NCBI GenBank assembly: GCA_050951545.1
Contig: JBMNJG010000007.1
Location: 256,001 to 320,000 of the forward strand
Length of the DNA stretch: 64,000 bases
Reading direction: 5' to 3'
Origin: Limnochordia bacterium
GTDB taxonomy: Bacteria; Bacillota; Limnochordia; DTU080
Below, piece after piece: positions 8,227 through 17,790 of the stretch. Made by a program: the position numbers and the translations under genes. Positions within the stretch are counted from its first letter, which is position 1. Every line of letters starts with the position of its first letter. The notes beneath the pieces were generated by a model. The model worked only from the letters and a program-made list of their open reading frames with translations. It was not told the DNA's origin and made no database searches.

Positions 8227-9138
8227 GTGGCCTGGGATTCCATTGCTGCGCTGCTCAATGCAGCGATCGAGGAAGAAAAAGGAATCGGCGAGATCGTTCT
8301 GGCCTCCGAGGCCGAAGAGACGGGAAGCAGCCCGGAAGAGCTGCTGGCCCGCATGGATGATCATCTTAGTGTGATGCAGCGAGCTATCAACCAGGGCCTG
8401 CATGAGTCAGTGAAGTCGCGCAGTGGATTGGTAGGCGGGCAGGCTCAGCAGCTGGCGCGGTATGCGGTAGACGGCACCACCTTGTCGGGCGAGACTGCTC
8501 TGCGGGCAGCGATCTACGCAACGGCGACGCTGGAGGTCAACGCGGCGATGGGTCGGATCGTGGCCGCACCTACGGCTGGATCTAGTGGTATTTTGCCTGG
8601 TGTGGTGTTTGCTGTAGCGGAGCGGCTGGGCACCCCACGTCGGGAGATGGTATTAGCCCTTTTCTGCGCCGGCGCTGTAGGTCTCGTGATTGCCAACAAA
8701 GCTGGCATCTCTGGTGCAGAGGGTGGTTGCCAGGCAGAGGTGGGTACGGCAACGGCCATGGCTGCTGCAGCGGCCACACAGATGGCCGGAGGCACTCCCC
8801 AGCAGGCATGCCAGGCAGTGGCTCTCGCCTTGAAAAACGCGCTGGGCTTGGTGTGTGATCCGGTAGCAGGCCTGGTTGAGGTGCCCTGCGTGAAGCGCAA
8901 CACTCTGTACACGCCACTGGCGCTGATGGCGGCCGACATGGCGTTGGCCGGGATCGTGAGTGTGATTCCGGTGGACGAAGTGATCGAGGCCATGGCACAG
9001 ATAGGCAGATCCATTCCCGCGGCATTACGGGAGACAGCCCAGGGAGGCTTGGCCATCACTCCAACCGGGAAACAGCTGATGCAACGGCTCACTTGCAGGG
9101 CTCGCCCTGGCACTGCAGCAGAGAGCCATGCGCCATGA
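8227..9138 (+). CDS. sdaAA: L-serine dehydratase, iron-sulfur-dependent, alpha subunit
   Basis: IVAAPTAGS, GGCQAEVG, GLVCDPVAGLVEVPCVKRN, RETAQGGLA. Confidence 0.95.
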   Translation: MAWDSIAALLNAAIEEEKGIGEIVLASEAEETGSSPEELLARMDDHLSVMQRAINQGLHESVKSRSGLVGGQAQQLARYAVDGTTLSGETALRAAIYATATLEVNAAMGRIVAAPTAGSSGILPGVVFAVAERLGTPRREMVLALFCAGAVGLVIANKAGISGAEGGCQAEVGTATAMAAAAATQMAGGTPQQACQAVALALKNALGLVCDPVAGLVEVPCVKRNTLYTPLALMAADMALAGIVSVIPVDEVIEAMAQIGRSIPAALRETAQGGLAITPTGKQLMQRLTCRARPGTAAESHAP

Positions 9139-9575
9139 GTGGCCAAGCGTGCTGCATACTACCGATGCAGATTGATCATTTGCCTGCCCTACAAGCCCTG
9201 TGGAGATCTATCCCTGGTATCGGGCTTAGTTCAGCAGATACGGTAGAGGATCTCGCCGTGTTTCTTTCTCGCAATCCAACCACCTGTTTTGTGGCCATGG
9301 ACCACGGTTCGCTGGTCGGTTCTGTTCTCGGTGGATCTGATGGGCGGCGCGGATATGTCTACCACCTTGCCGTAGTGGAGCGGGCGCGGCAGCAAGGTTT
9401 GGGAAAGGCATTACTGGCCCAGGCTTTGCAGGGGTTTCGAGCACTCGGAATCCAGAAAGCTCACCTTTTTGTTTTCGGCTCTAACGGCTTGGCTATCTCA
9501 TTTTACCAAAGCCAGGGCTGGCAGCTGCGCGAGGACATAGCGGTGATGTCTAAGGCTCTGGATAGCACTTTGTGA
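9135..9575 (+). CDS. GNAT acetyltransferase (YpeA-like)
   Basis: GSVLGGSDGRRGYVYHLAV..RQQGLG..FYQSQGW; ATGA overlap with sdaAA. Confidence 0.85.
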   Translation: MSGQACCILPMQIDHLPALQALWRSIPGIGLSSADTVEDLAVFLSRNPTTCFVAMDHGSLVGSVLGGSDGRRGYVYHLAVVERARQQGLGKALLAQALQGFRALGIQKAHLFVFGSNGLAISFYQSQGWQLREDIAVMSKALDSTL

Positions 9576-9628
9576 GAAGAGGGCGACTTTAGGCGCTGCC
9601 AGGGCCCAATCATCATGGGGGGAACGTT

Positions 9629-10897
9629 TTGTCCGGACATCGGTATACAGGCACGCCACAGTTAATGAAGGAAATTAACAAGTCGATGATCCTCGATCTG
9701 GTCAGGCGCAAAGATGCAATCTCCCGCGCCGACATCGCCAAGGAGCTGCATTTGAGTCCTCCTACGGTCTCAAAGATCATCGATCAGTTGATCGCGACTG
9801 GGTGGATCCTGGAAATCGGCACTGGCGAGTCTAGCGGCGGGCGTCGACCACTCTTGCTGCAGTTTAATGCCCAGCATGGGTACGCAATTGGTGCCTGGGT
9901 GGGTGACAGTAGCCTCATTGCTGCAGTGGCCGACCTCTGCGGTAACATTGTGCTGAAAAAAACAGTGGAGCGCCGGTCACTGGCCAGGGAGCCAATGTCA
10001 GAAAGAGCGAAAGGCAGTAGGCCCGCTCCCTTGGAAGAAGAGTTGATCCTACTGTTGTATCGGACGCTAAGAGAAGCGGGCGTTCCGGCCGACAAGTTGC
10101 GCAGCATCGGAGTTGCGGTATGCGGGATTACGCGAATCGAAAAAGGGACCGTGGTGAGAGGACGCTATCTGCCCGGTTGGGAAGACTTTCCTATTCAGCA
10201 GGTATTGGAGAAGGAGTTCAGTGTTCCTGTAGTGGCAGACGGAGACACATTCATGGCTGTATTGGGCGAAGCGTGGAAAGGTGCGGGGCAGGGGCTGAGC
10301 CACCTGGTACGAGTGACGCTGGGAGAGGGTATCGGTTGCGGCATACTCATCGACGCCAAGCCCTACCGGGGCGCCAGCGGAGCCGCTGGCGAGATTGGAG
10401 ATCTGATTGTCCACGACAGTCTCGGAGAACGCTCCACATCAGACAAAGGTGGCTATCTTGAGGAGATGGCTGGCTTTTCCTCTTTGGTGGCAGGTGCTCA
10501 ACAAGCCATACAGCAGGGCCGTGAGACGCTTATCGCGGAGCTATGCACCAATGATCTGGAGCAAGTGACGCCCGGCATGGTGTTCCAGGCCGCCCTGAGG
10601 GACGATCAGTTAGCGATGGAGCTTCTGCATACGATCTCCGCTGCGCTGGGACGGGCTATCGCGAATATCATCAGCGTGCTCAATCCTGAGCAGGTGATCT
10701 TGGGCGGCGAGTTCGGAAATGCAGGTTCGTTAGTACTGCGGATGGTGGAGGAGCACGTGCAGGCACTAGTGGCTACGCCGCCTCCTATGAAGCTGTCGAG
10801 GCTTGGACGCGATGCAGAAATCTACGGGGCCATATCCTTGGCGCTCGAGCAGGCTACTCCCGTAGTGGCGGTCAGGTACGCGCCTGGAACGCCGTAG
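9629..10897 (+). CDS. ROK family transcriptional regulator
   Basis: N-terminal HTH SRADIA..LSPPTVS, SSGGRRP, GEGIGCGI, GAAGEIG. Confidence 0.92.
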   Translation: MSGHRYTGTPQLMKEINKSMILDLVRRKDAISRADIAKELHLSPPTVSKIIDQLIATGWILEIGTGESSGGRRPLLLQFNAQHGYAIGAWVGDSSLIAAVADLCGNIVLKKTVERRSLAREPMSERAKGSRPAPLEEELILLLYRTLREAGVPADKLRSIGVAVCGITRIEKGTVVRGRYLPGWEDFPIQQVLEKEFSVPVVADGDTFMAVLGEAWKGAGQGLSHLVRVTLGEGIGCGILIDAKPYRGASGAAGEIGDLIVHDSLGERSTSDKGGYLEEMAGFSSLVAGAQQAIQQGRETLIAELCTNDLEQVTPGMVFQAALRDDQLAMELLHTISAALGRAIANIISVLNPEQVILGGEFGNAGSLVLRMVEEHVQALVATPPPMKLSRLGRDAEIYGAISLALEQATPVVAVRYAPGTP

Positions 10898-10989
10898 GCA
10901 ACTTCTCTCGTCTAGAAAGGAGGGAAGTTGGTAAGGGTAGGGAAGAAAGTAGCATGGATCGTGAGCACGTAGCATAAGGAGGAGTCTTC

Positions 10990-11958
10990 ATGGCAGGTAG
11001 CTCTGGTTGGGACGCGTTGGTAGAGCAGCTAGATCGTGGAGCGGATTTCCAGTACGGTTTGGCCAAGTTCATCTCGTTTCAGGATCCTGAGGCATGCGCC
11101 AGGGTCCGCGCTATACCGAAATCAAAGATCACGGAGCACTCGAACCCGGAGTTCAAGATAGAGGTCATTGATGAGAAACACGAGTTTTATCTTTCCTTCG
11201 CTCTTGATATCGTCTCGCGCATTCGAGAGGCACGGGAGGCAGGCCGCAAATTCGTAGGCATCTTCCCAGTAGGTCCAGTACCTCAGTTCGCAATGGCGGC
11301 GGCGATGATCAACCAAATGCGCTTGTCCATGGACCATTGCCACATCTTCGCCATGGATGAGTACGCTGACAAGGATGGCAATACAGCTCCGGCGGGATGG
11401 GAAGGATCGTTCCAGCGGGCGATGGCACGCAACTTCTTCCTAAGGGTCGATGCTGACCTGCGTCCGCCTCTGGAGCAGGTGCATTTCCCGACCACCGATA
11501 AGCTTGCTAGCTATGGGAAGATGATCGAGGATCTGGGTGGCGCCGATGTGGTCTACGGTGGCGTTGGCTGGTGTGGTCACATTGCCTTCTGGGAAGCCCA
11601 TCTTGCTGAGGAATTTGGGGGCGACCTGGAGGTCTTCAAGGCTTCAGGGCCTCGTTTCGTGGAACTCAACCCGATGACGATCATGCAGAACGCTCTCCAT
11701 TCATTCAGTGGTGACTGGTCATGGGTGCCTCCCTATGCCAATACCATTGGACCAGCGCAGATTGTTAATGCTCGCTATCGCAGCTTCTGGCTCGATGGGG
11801 AATGCGGCGGCAGCATGAGCTGGCAGCGCTTTATTGCTCGTCTCAGCGCCCACGGACCAGTGACACCGTATGTCCCGGGTTCGATTCTGCAGACCCTGCC
11901 AGGCCGTTACGTCATCTTGGGTAGCGTGGCCGATGACATGGCAATTCACATGTCATAG
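10990..11958 (+). CDS. Divergent glucosamine-6-phosphate isomerase/deaminase (NagB-like) family protein
   Basis: FPVGPVPQ, FAMDEYAD, IEDLGGAD, GGVGWCGHIAFWE, PGSILQ. Confidence 0.75.
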   Translation: MAGSSGWDALVEQLDRGADFQYGLAKFISFQDPEACARVRAIPKSKITEHSNPEFKIEVIDEKHEFYLSFALDIVSRIREAREAGRKFVGIFPVGPVPQFAMAAAMINQMRLSMDHCHIFAMDEYADKDGNTAPAGWEGSFQRAMARNFFLRVDADLRPPLEQVHFPTTDKLASYGKMIEDLGGADVVYGGVGWCGHIAFWEAHLAEEFGGDLEVFKASGPRFVELNPMTIMQNALHSFSGDWSWVPPYANTIGPAQIVNARYRSFWLDGECGGSMSWQRFIARLSAHGPVTPYVPGSILQTLPGRYVILGSVADDMAIHMS

Positions 11959-12099
11959 CCGGCTACAGCATGCGCTAAGGAAAAAGCAGCCGCGCATGGG
12001 CGCCCACCCCTCAGGGGTGGCTACCCATAGACCGACTAGCCGTAAATGAACGGCGCTCATGTCAATGATGCGCTAGAGGACAAACAAAGGAGCCTGAAA

Positions 12100-12813
12100 A
12101 TGCGCGTTCTTGCGGTTGGGGCCCACCCCGATGATCTGGAGATTCTCTGTGCTGGTACACTCGCTCGCTATCGCCAGGCTGGGCACGAGGTAGTGATGGC
12201 TCACGCCTGCAATGGCGACTGCGGTCACTTCATCATTCCACCTGCTGAATTGGCAGCTATGCGTGATGCCGAGGCTAAGGCTGCGGCCGCCATCATCGAA
12301 GCAGAGGTGCTTACTCTGCCCGATATGGGCGATGGCGACATCATGGCCAATGATCCCAAGGCTCGCATGGGTATGGTGGATATTATTCGCAAAGCTCGTC
12401 CCGACGTGATTATCACGCATGCTCCCGAGGATTACATGCCAGATCACGTGGCCGTAACCGAGCTGGTGTTTTTTGCCAGCTTCTTTGCCTCTGTTCCACA
12501 TTGGAAGACCGAACAGGATACTCCTCATCACGATAAGGTGCCTCCCATCTACTACATGGACACGCTGGCCAGCGTCGGTTTCATGCCGGAGGAGTATGTC
12601 GATATCACCGACACACTGGATATCAAGGCAAAGATGCTGGAGTGCCACGAAAGCCAGCTGACGTGGATGCGGGAGCACGACAAGATCGATATGGTTGAGT
12701 TTGTGACGGCCATGGCTCGCGCCCGTGGACTACAGTCCGGGGTGCGCTACGCTGAAGGATTTCGGCGTTTGCGCACGTGGCCTAGGGTGACCACGGAGCG
12801 GCTGTTACCGTAG
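12100..12813 (+). CDS. PIG-L/LmbE family deacetylase
   Basis: VLAVGAHPDDLE, DYMPDH, CHESQ, YAEGF. Confidence 0.92.
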   Translation: MRVLAVGAHPDDLEILCAGTLARYRQAGHEVVMAHACNGDCGHFIIPPAELAAMRDAEAKAAAAIIEAEVLTLPDMGDGDIMANDPKARMGMVDIIRKARPDVIITHAPEDYMPDHVAVTELVFFASFFASVPHWKTEQDTPHHDKVPPIYYMDTLASVGFMPEEYVDITDTLDIKAKMLECHESQLTWMREHDKIDMVEFVTAMARARGLQSGVRYAEGFRRLRTWPRVTTERLLP

Positions 12814-12859
12814 TATCCGGAATGTCTTTTTGGGTGCGTCAGAAAGGGGCGGATGAAGA

Positions 12860-13897
12860 GTGACGATTAGGTGGGGGGTGCTCGGTGCTGGTGGTATCGC
12901 AGATCGCCGGACGATCCCCGAAGGCATTACACAGGCCACGGATGCACAATTAGTAGCCGTCATGGACGTCGACAGGGGGCGTGCTCAGGCAGTAGGCGAG
13001 AAGTATGGCGTAGACTGGTACCGCAGTCCTACCGAGCTTCTGGCGCGTTCGGATATCGACGCAGTGTACATCGCTACCCCCGTTGTTCACCATGCTTCAC
13101 TCGTAGCCGAGGCAGCACGTCATGGGAAGCACGTTCTGTGTGAGAAGCCTCTTGCGCTAGACATAGCAGAGGCCGAAAAGCTCATCGAGAGCTGCGATGT
13201 GCACGGTGTGAAACTGGCCGTGGGCTACATGATGCGTTTCCATGGGGCGCACCAGAAGCTCAAGGCGATGATTGATAACGGTGAGTTGGGCCAGCCTGTA
13301 CTAGCGCGCGCTCAGCTCACCTGTTGGTATCCTCCTATTCCAGGTGCCTGGCGTCAGAGCCCGTCCCTGGGCGGAGGCGGGGCGTTGATGGATATGGGAA
13401 CGCACTGCATTGATCTGCTGGAGATGCTTTTGGGTCCGGTAGAATCAGTCATGGCCGATGTAACCACGTTGACACACGACTACGAGGTTGATGACTCTGC
13501 TTTGGTGATGCTGCGTTTCGCCAGCGGTGCCAAGGCCGTGGTGGACAGCAACTTCAACGTACCCGACGTAGCAGCCACGAATGTATTGGAAATCTATGGC
13601 ACCAAAGGTAGTGTCATTGGCAGCGGGACCATCGGACAGGATTCGGGCGGAAAGCTTATCGGTCGTATCGAGCGGGAGTCGCAAGGCTACGACGCACAGC
13701 AGCAGCGCGTAGCGGTTGCTGAGGAGTTGCCATTTACGCCAGTGAACCCCTATCGGGCAGAGGTAGAGAGCCTAGTGCGGGCGATCAAGACCGACACGAC
13801 GCCAGAGGTCGATGGGCAGGTTGGTCTGCGTAATCTCAAGGTGGCCTTGGCGGCGTATGAGGCGGCTCGTCTAGGCAAAGCGGTACGCATTTCGTAG
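12860..13897 (+). CDS. Gfo/Idh/MocA oxidoreductase
   Basis: GAGGIA, HVLCEKP, GGGALMDMGTHCID. Confidence 0.92.
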   Translation: MTIRWGVLGAGGIADRRTIPEGITQATDAQLVAVMDVDRGRAQAVGEKYGVDWYRSPTELLARSDIDAVYIATPVVHHASLVAEAARHGKHVLCEKPLALDIAEAEKLIESCDVHGVKLAVGYMMRFHGAHQKLKAMIDNGELGQPVLARAQLTCWYPPIPGAWRQSPSLGGGGALMDMGTHCIDLLEMLLGPVESVMADVTTLTHDYEVDDSALVMLRFASGAKAVVDSNFNVPDVAATNVLEIYGTKGSVIGSGTIGQDSGGKLIGRIERESQGYDAQQQRVAVAEELPFTPVNPYRAEVESLVRAIKTDTTPEVDGQVGLRNLKVALAAYEAARLGKAVRIS

Positions 13898-14041
13898 TAC
13901 GCGTTGGCACTGGCAGGAAAAAGTGAACCAGGCGCTAGGAACTGTTGTGTAGCTTACTAAAGAAGGGTAATAAACTGCGGTGGCCTGGATGATCTGGCCA
14001 AGAGCTGGCCTTCCGGGACGCCGACAAAGAGGTGTGTATTT

Positions 14042-15325
14042 ATGGCGAAAGAGACCTTGGCCATCAATGGCGGCAAGCCCGTAACCACAGAGCCATTCCC
14101 GATGTGGCCGCAGTTCGAGGAATCGACCATTGAGGCGGCGATGGAGCCGCTACGTACGGGTAAGGTGAATTACTGGACTGGAACCCGTGGTGTCGAGTTC
14201 GAGAAGAAGTTCGCAGCCTGGTGCGGAGCGAAGTATGGCATCTCCACTTCAAACGGCACCAGCGCCTTGCACACGGCGTTGGCTGCCCTGGGTATAGGCC
14301 CCGGTGATGAGGTCATCACGTCTTCCTATACGTTCATTGCGTCGTCATTCTGCGTCTGCCAAGCGGGAGCAATCCCGGTTTTCGCGGACGTCTGCAAAGA
14401 GACACATACGATCGATCCAAAGTCTATCGAGGAGAAGATCACTGACAAGACCAAGGCGATAATCGTGGTCCACCTCTACGGTACCCCCTGTGATATGGAT
14501 CCGATCATGGAGATCGCTCGCCGGCACAATCTGTACGTCGTAGAAGACTGTGCTCAGGCGCATGGAGCGGTCTACAAGGGCAAGAAGGTAGGTACCATCG
14601 GGCATGTCGGGTGCTTCAGCTTCTGCCAGAGCAAGCACTTCACCACAGGCGGTGAGGGCGGATGTGTCATCACCGACGATGAAGACCTGGCTTGGGAATG
14701 CCGTTCTTTCCGTGACCATGGCTACAACGTGAAAGAGCGTCTCCGCCTGTTGGAGCTCGAAGCGAAACTGCTCTACATCCATAACAGAGTCGGCTTCAAC
14801 TATCGTCTTACAGAGACACAGTCGGTGATTGGACTGCGAGAGCTCGATCGTATGGACAGCTGGAACCTACCCAATCGGCGCCGCAACGGCGAGATGCTTC
14901 TCTCTGCGCTGCGCGACTGCCCACAAGTGCAGTACCTGCCTCCGCACAATGAGAATGGTGTCGTCAACGCCTTCTGGCTGTTTCCCATCGTCCTCAACCT
15001 AGACCGCCTCACGTGCGATAAAGCAACTTTCATGAAAGCTATCGAGGCAGAGGGCATCCCGGCAGTATTCGTGTTGTGGCCCCAAAGCTACAAGGAAAAG
15101 GCCTTTAGGGAGCATGGCGGCTTCGGTCAAGCGCGCTATCCGTTCCGGGATCCTCTCACCAATCCCGAAAGTGTAGCTTATGACAAGGCCTTCTGCCCCA
15201 ATGCAGCATGGCTTGAGGAGCGCACTTTCAGCTTCCCCGTACACCCAGTATACGAGCCACACCACATCAATCTCATGATCGAGGCTTTCTTGAAAGTGGC
15301 CAAGGCTTACGCCAAGCCTGAGTAG
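14042..15325 (+). CDS. DegT/DnrJ/EryC1/StrS PLP-dependent sugar aminotransferase
   Basis: SNGTSALH, EDCAQAHG, FSFCQSKHFTTGGEGG, GFNYRL. Confidence 0.93.
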   Translation: MAKETLAINGGKPVTTEPFPMWPQFEESTIEAAMEPLRTGKVNYWTGTRGVEFEKKFAAWCGAKYGISTSNGTSALHTALAALGIGPGDEVITSSYTFIASSFCVCQAGAIPVFADVCKETHTIDPKSIEEKITDKTKAIIVVHLYGTPCDMDPIMEIARRHNLYVVEDCAQAHGAVYKGKKVGTIGHVGCFSFCQSKHFTTGGEGGCVITDDEDLAWECRSFRDHGYNVKERLRLLELEAKLLYIHNRVGFNYRLTETQSVIGLRELDRMDSWNLPNRRRNGEMLLSALRDCPQVQYLPPHNENGVVNAFWLFPIVLNLDRLTCDKATFMKAIEAEGIPAVFVLWPQSYKEKAFREHGGFGQARYPFRDPLTNPESVAYDKAFCPNAAWLEERTFSFPVHPVYEPHHINLMIEAFLKVAKAYAKPE

Positions 15326-15361
15326 CCTCGTGAACACTGTTTCGTAGGGAGGCATAACGCG

Positions 15362-16369
15362 ATGAGTCAAGTACGCTTGGGTATTGTCGGATGCGGAGGC
15401 ATGTCTAAGGCGCACGCCCGTGGCTTCGCAGATCTAGCTGATCGGGTCAGTGTTGTAGCTACTGTAGACGTCATTGAAGAGCGCGCTCGCCAAGCAGCAG
15501 AGCTCTTCCCCGGGGCGAAGGCTGCTACGGATTACCGTTCTGTCCTTGATGATGTAGACGCGGTGCTTCTGGTTCTGCCTCATCATCTGCACCATCCGAT
15601 AGCGAAAGCCTGTCTAGAGGCTGGAAAGCACGTGCTGCTCGAGAAGCCGATGGCGAATAGCGAAGAGGAATGCCTCGACCTTATCGAGACATCCAAGAAG
15701 GCTGACCGCGTGCTCATGATCGCATATTGCATGCGCTTCCATCCCTTGGTGGTCCGGCTGAAGCAACTCGTAGACGAACGGGCCTATGGTGATATGTTCC
15801 AGTTGTCGATCTGGACCGAGCAGCTGACCAAGTATCCGCCTGATCACTGGGCCAGCAGTGCCGCCACCTTGGGGGGCGGGCAGCTTTTCAGCCATGGGTG
15901 CCACTACATTGATCTCTTGCTCTGGTTTTTGGGCAAGCCACTGCGGGGAACACATCTTGGCACTAACTTCGGTACTCCTTGGATGGAGCGAGAAGGGACG
16001 AGCAACGTTTCCATGGAGTTTGAAGGGGGCCGGCTAGGATACCACTTCGGCACATGGGGAGCTCGAGGATCGCGGCTGAGGTATTCGTTCCATGCTCACT
16101 GCACCGATGGAATGCTCGAAGCGGCGACGACGCAGGGCAAGCTCTATCTGCATCAGAGGGGCCAGGAGAAGGTTCTCATGGAAGCGGAGGCGGGCAAGCA
16201 TACGCAGAACGAGATGACTCACTTCCTGGAGTGCATCGAAACTGGTCGTCGTCCTCTCACAGACGGCTTGGGTAGTCTGCAAGGTTTGCGCGTGATCTGG
16301 CGTCTTTATGAGGCAGAAGAACAGCATACGGTGGCTGATTTGCACGGCTTGGGTCTAGACGAGATCTAA
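15362..16369 (+). CDS. Gfo/Idh/MocA oxidoreductase
   Basis: GCGGM, HVLLEKP, GGGQLFSHGCHYID. Confidence 0.92.
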   Translation: MSQVRLGIVGCGGMSKAHARGFADLADRVSVVATVDVIEERARQAAELFPGAKAATDYRSVLDDVDAVLLVLPHHLHHPIAKACLEAGKHVLLEKPMANSEEECLDLIETSKKADRVLMIAYCMRFHPLVVRLKQLVDERAYGDMFQLSIWTEQLTKYPPDHWASSAATLGGGQLFSHGCHYIDLLLWFLGKPLRGTHLGTNFGTPWMEREGTSNVSMEFEGGRLGYHFGTWGARGSRLRYSFHAHCTDGMLEAATTQGKLYLHQRGQEKVLMEAEAGKHTQNEMTHFLECIETGRRPLTDGLGSLQGLRVIWRLYEAEEQHTVADLHGLGLDEI

Positions 16370-16447
16370 GGCGCAGTAGCTGAACAGACTGACGGCGGTG
16401 CGGACGGTAGAGTCTTCTGCGCCGCCGTTTACAGATACAGAGAGAAG

Positions 16448-17758
16448 GTGGTTCGGGTGCAGGCAGGTTTCGGGGAAGTGGTCATCACTCCTCCTCTAGG
16501 AGTAGGTATGGCAGGGTACTTCGAAGCGCGTTTCGCAGAGGGCATCAAGGATGACCTGTTCTCCCGGGCGCTTGTAGTGTCACAGGGCGATACGCATGTC
16601 GCACTTGTGGTGACAGACTTGATTTCGGTACTGTCGTGCGATGTCGAGGCAGTGAAGGAACACGTGCAGGCGAGAGTGGGGATCCCCGGATCAAATGTGC
16701 TAGTCGCAGCAACGCATACGCATACTGGGCCAGTGATCCATCGTCGCCCGGGTTCTCTGCGGAATGACCAGTACATGGAGCAATGGGCGCACCTTACTGC
16801 GGGTGCGGTCGAACTTGCTTTCCGCGATCGGGTTGAGGTGACGCTGGGCATTGGGAAGGGCTCTCTACCAGGTGTCGCCTTCAATCGCCGCTTTCATATG
16901 AAGAATGGACATGCGCATAGCAACCCGGGTGTCGGCAACCCAGATATTGTGAAACCAGCTGGACCAGTTGATCCGGATGTCACGGTCCTTCGTTTCGATG
17001 GACCTGATGGCGTGCCCGTGGGCGTACTTTCGCATTTCGGTTGCCACTGTGACACCGTCGGCGGGAAGCTGTTCTCGGCAGACTGGGTAGGCGTGGCGGC
17101 GAAGCAGATTCGCAGCCTGATGCAGCCCAAAGCCAGCTCCAGGCCCTTCGGTGTCATTGTGGTCAACGGCGCCAGTGGCGACATCAACCAGTTCAACGTC
17201 AACGACCCCGGACGTCGCCGGCGCTGGCCCGGGTTTACCGAGGAAATCGGCCTAGGACTGGCTGGAGAGACTGTGCGCGTAGCTGTTAGCTTGTCTCCTG
17301 AGCTTAGCGACCAGGTTGGGGCCGCCGTTACAGAGGTCAGCCTTCAGCGCATGCCTGTCGATGAATTCCTGGCCAAGAGTCAACAGGCCGTAGATGACCC
17401 CAAGGTTGGCAGCATGGAGCGTAGGCGCGCTCAAGCCAATCTCAAGCAGTCTAGGCACGACGATCCAGAGAGCTTCAACCAGGAGGTCATGTGTCTGCGG
17501 ATTGGGCCTGCTCTCATCATGAGTGGACCCGGAGAGATGTTCTGCCAGTTGGGCTTGCGCTTCAAAGACGCCTTTGATGACGCCTTTGGGATGGTAGCTA
17601 ACCTATCCAACGGCTGGTTGGGTTATGTGCCAAGTGCCAACGCCTATGAAGAGGGTGGCTATGAGCCCCGCTCAACCCGCCTACAGCCGGGAAGCGGCGA
17701 GGCCATCATCGACGCGGGTATCGCTTTGGGGAAGCAGCTGTTGGGTTCTGACCGCTAA
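16448..17758 (+). CDS. Neutral/alkaline ceramidase-like metallo-amidohydrolase
   Basis: ATHTHTGP, FNRR, GCHCD, NGASGDIN, PGEMF, GYVP...GGYE. Confidence 0.8.
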   Translation: MVRVQAGFGEVVITPPLGVGMAGYFEARFAEGIKDDLFSRALVVSQGDTHVALVVTDLISVLSCDVEAVKEHVQARVGIPGSNVLVAATHTHTGPVIHRRPGSLRNDQYMEQWAHLTAGAVELAFRDRVEVTLGIGKGSLPGVAFNRRFHMKNGHAHSNPGVGNPDIVKPAGPVDPDVTVLRFDGPDGVPVGVLSHFGCHCDTVGGKLFSADWVGVAAKQIRSLMQPKASSRPFGVIVVNGASGDINQFNVNDPGRRRRWPGFTEEIGLGLAGETVRVAVSLSPELSDQVGAAVTEVSLQRMPVDEFLAKSQQAVDDPKVGSMERRRAQANLKQSRHDDPESFNQEVMCLRIGPALIMSGPGEMFCQLGLRFKDAFDDAFGMVANLSNGWLGYVPSANAYEEGGYEPRSTRLQPGSGEAIIDAGIALGKQLLGSDR

Positions 17759-17790
17759 GGGACGTTTCACACCAAAAAGGGGGAAATCTG

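Noticed and set aside
14042-15325. Surface polysaccharide or antibiotic biosynthesis cluster
   Set aside because: No nucleotidyltransferase, glycosyltransferase, flippase or resistance gene in the operon; the neighbours are hydrolases.
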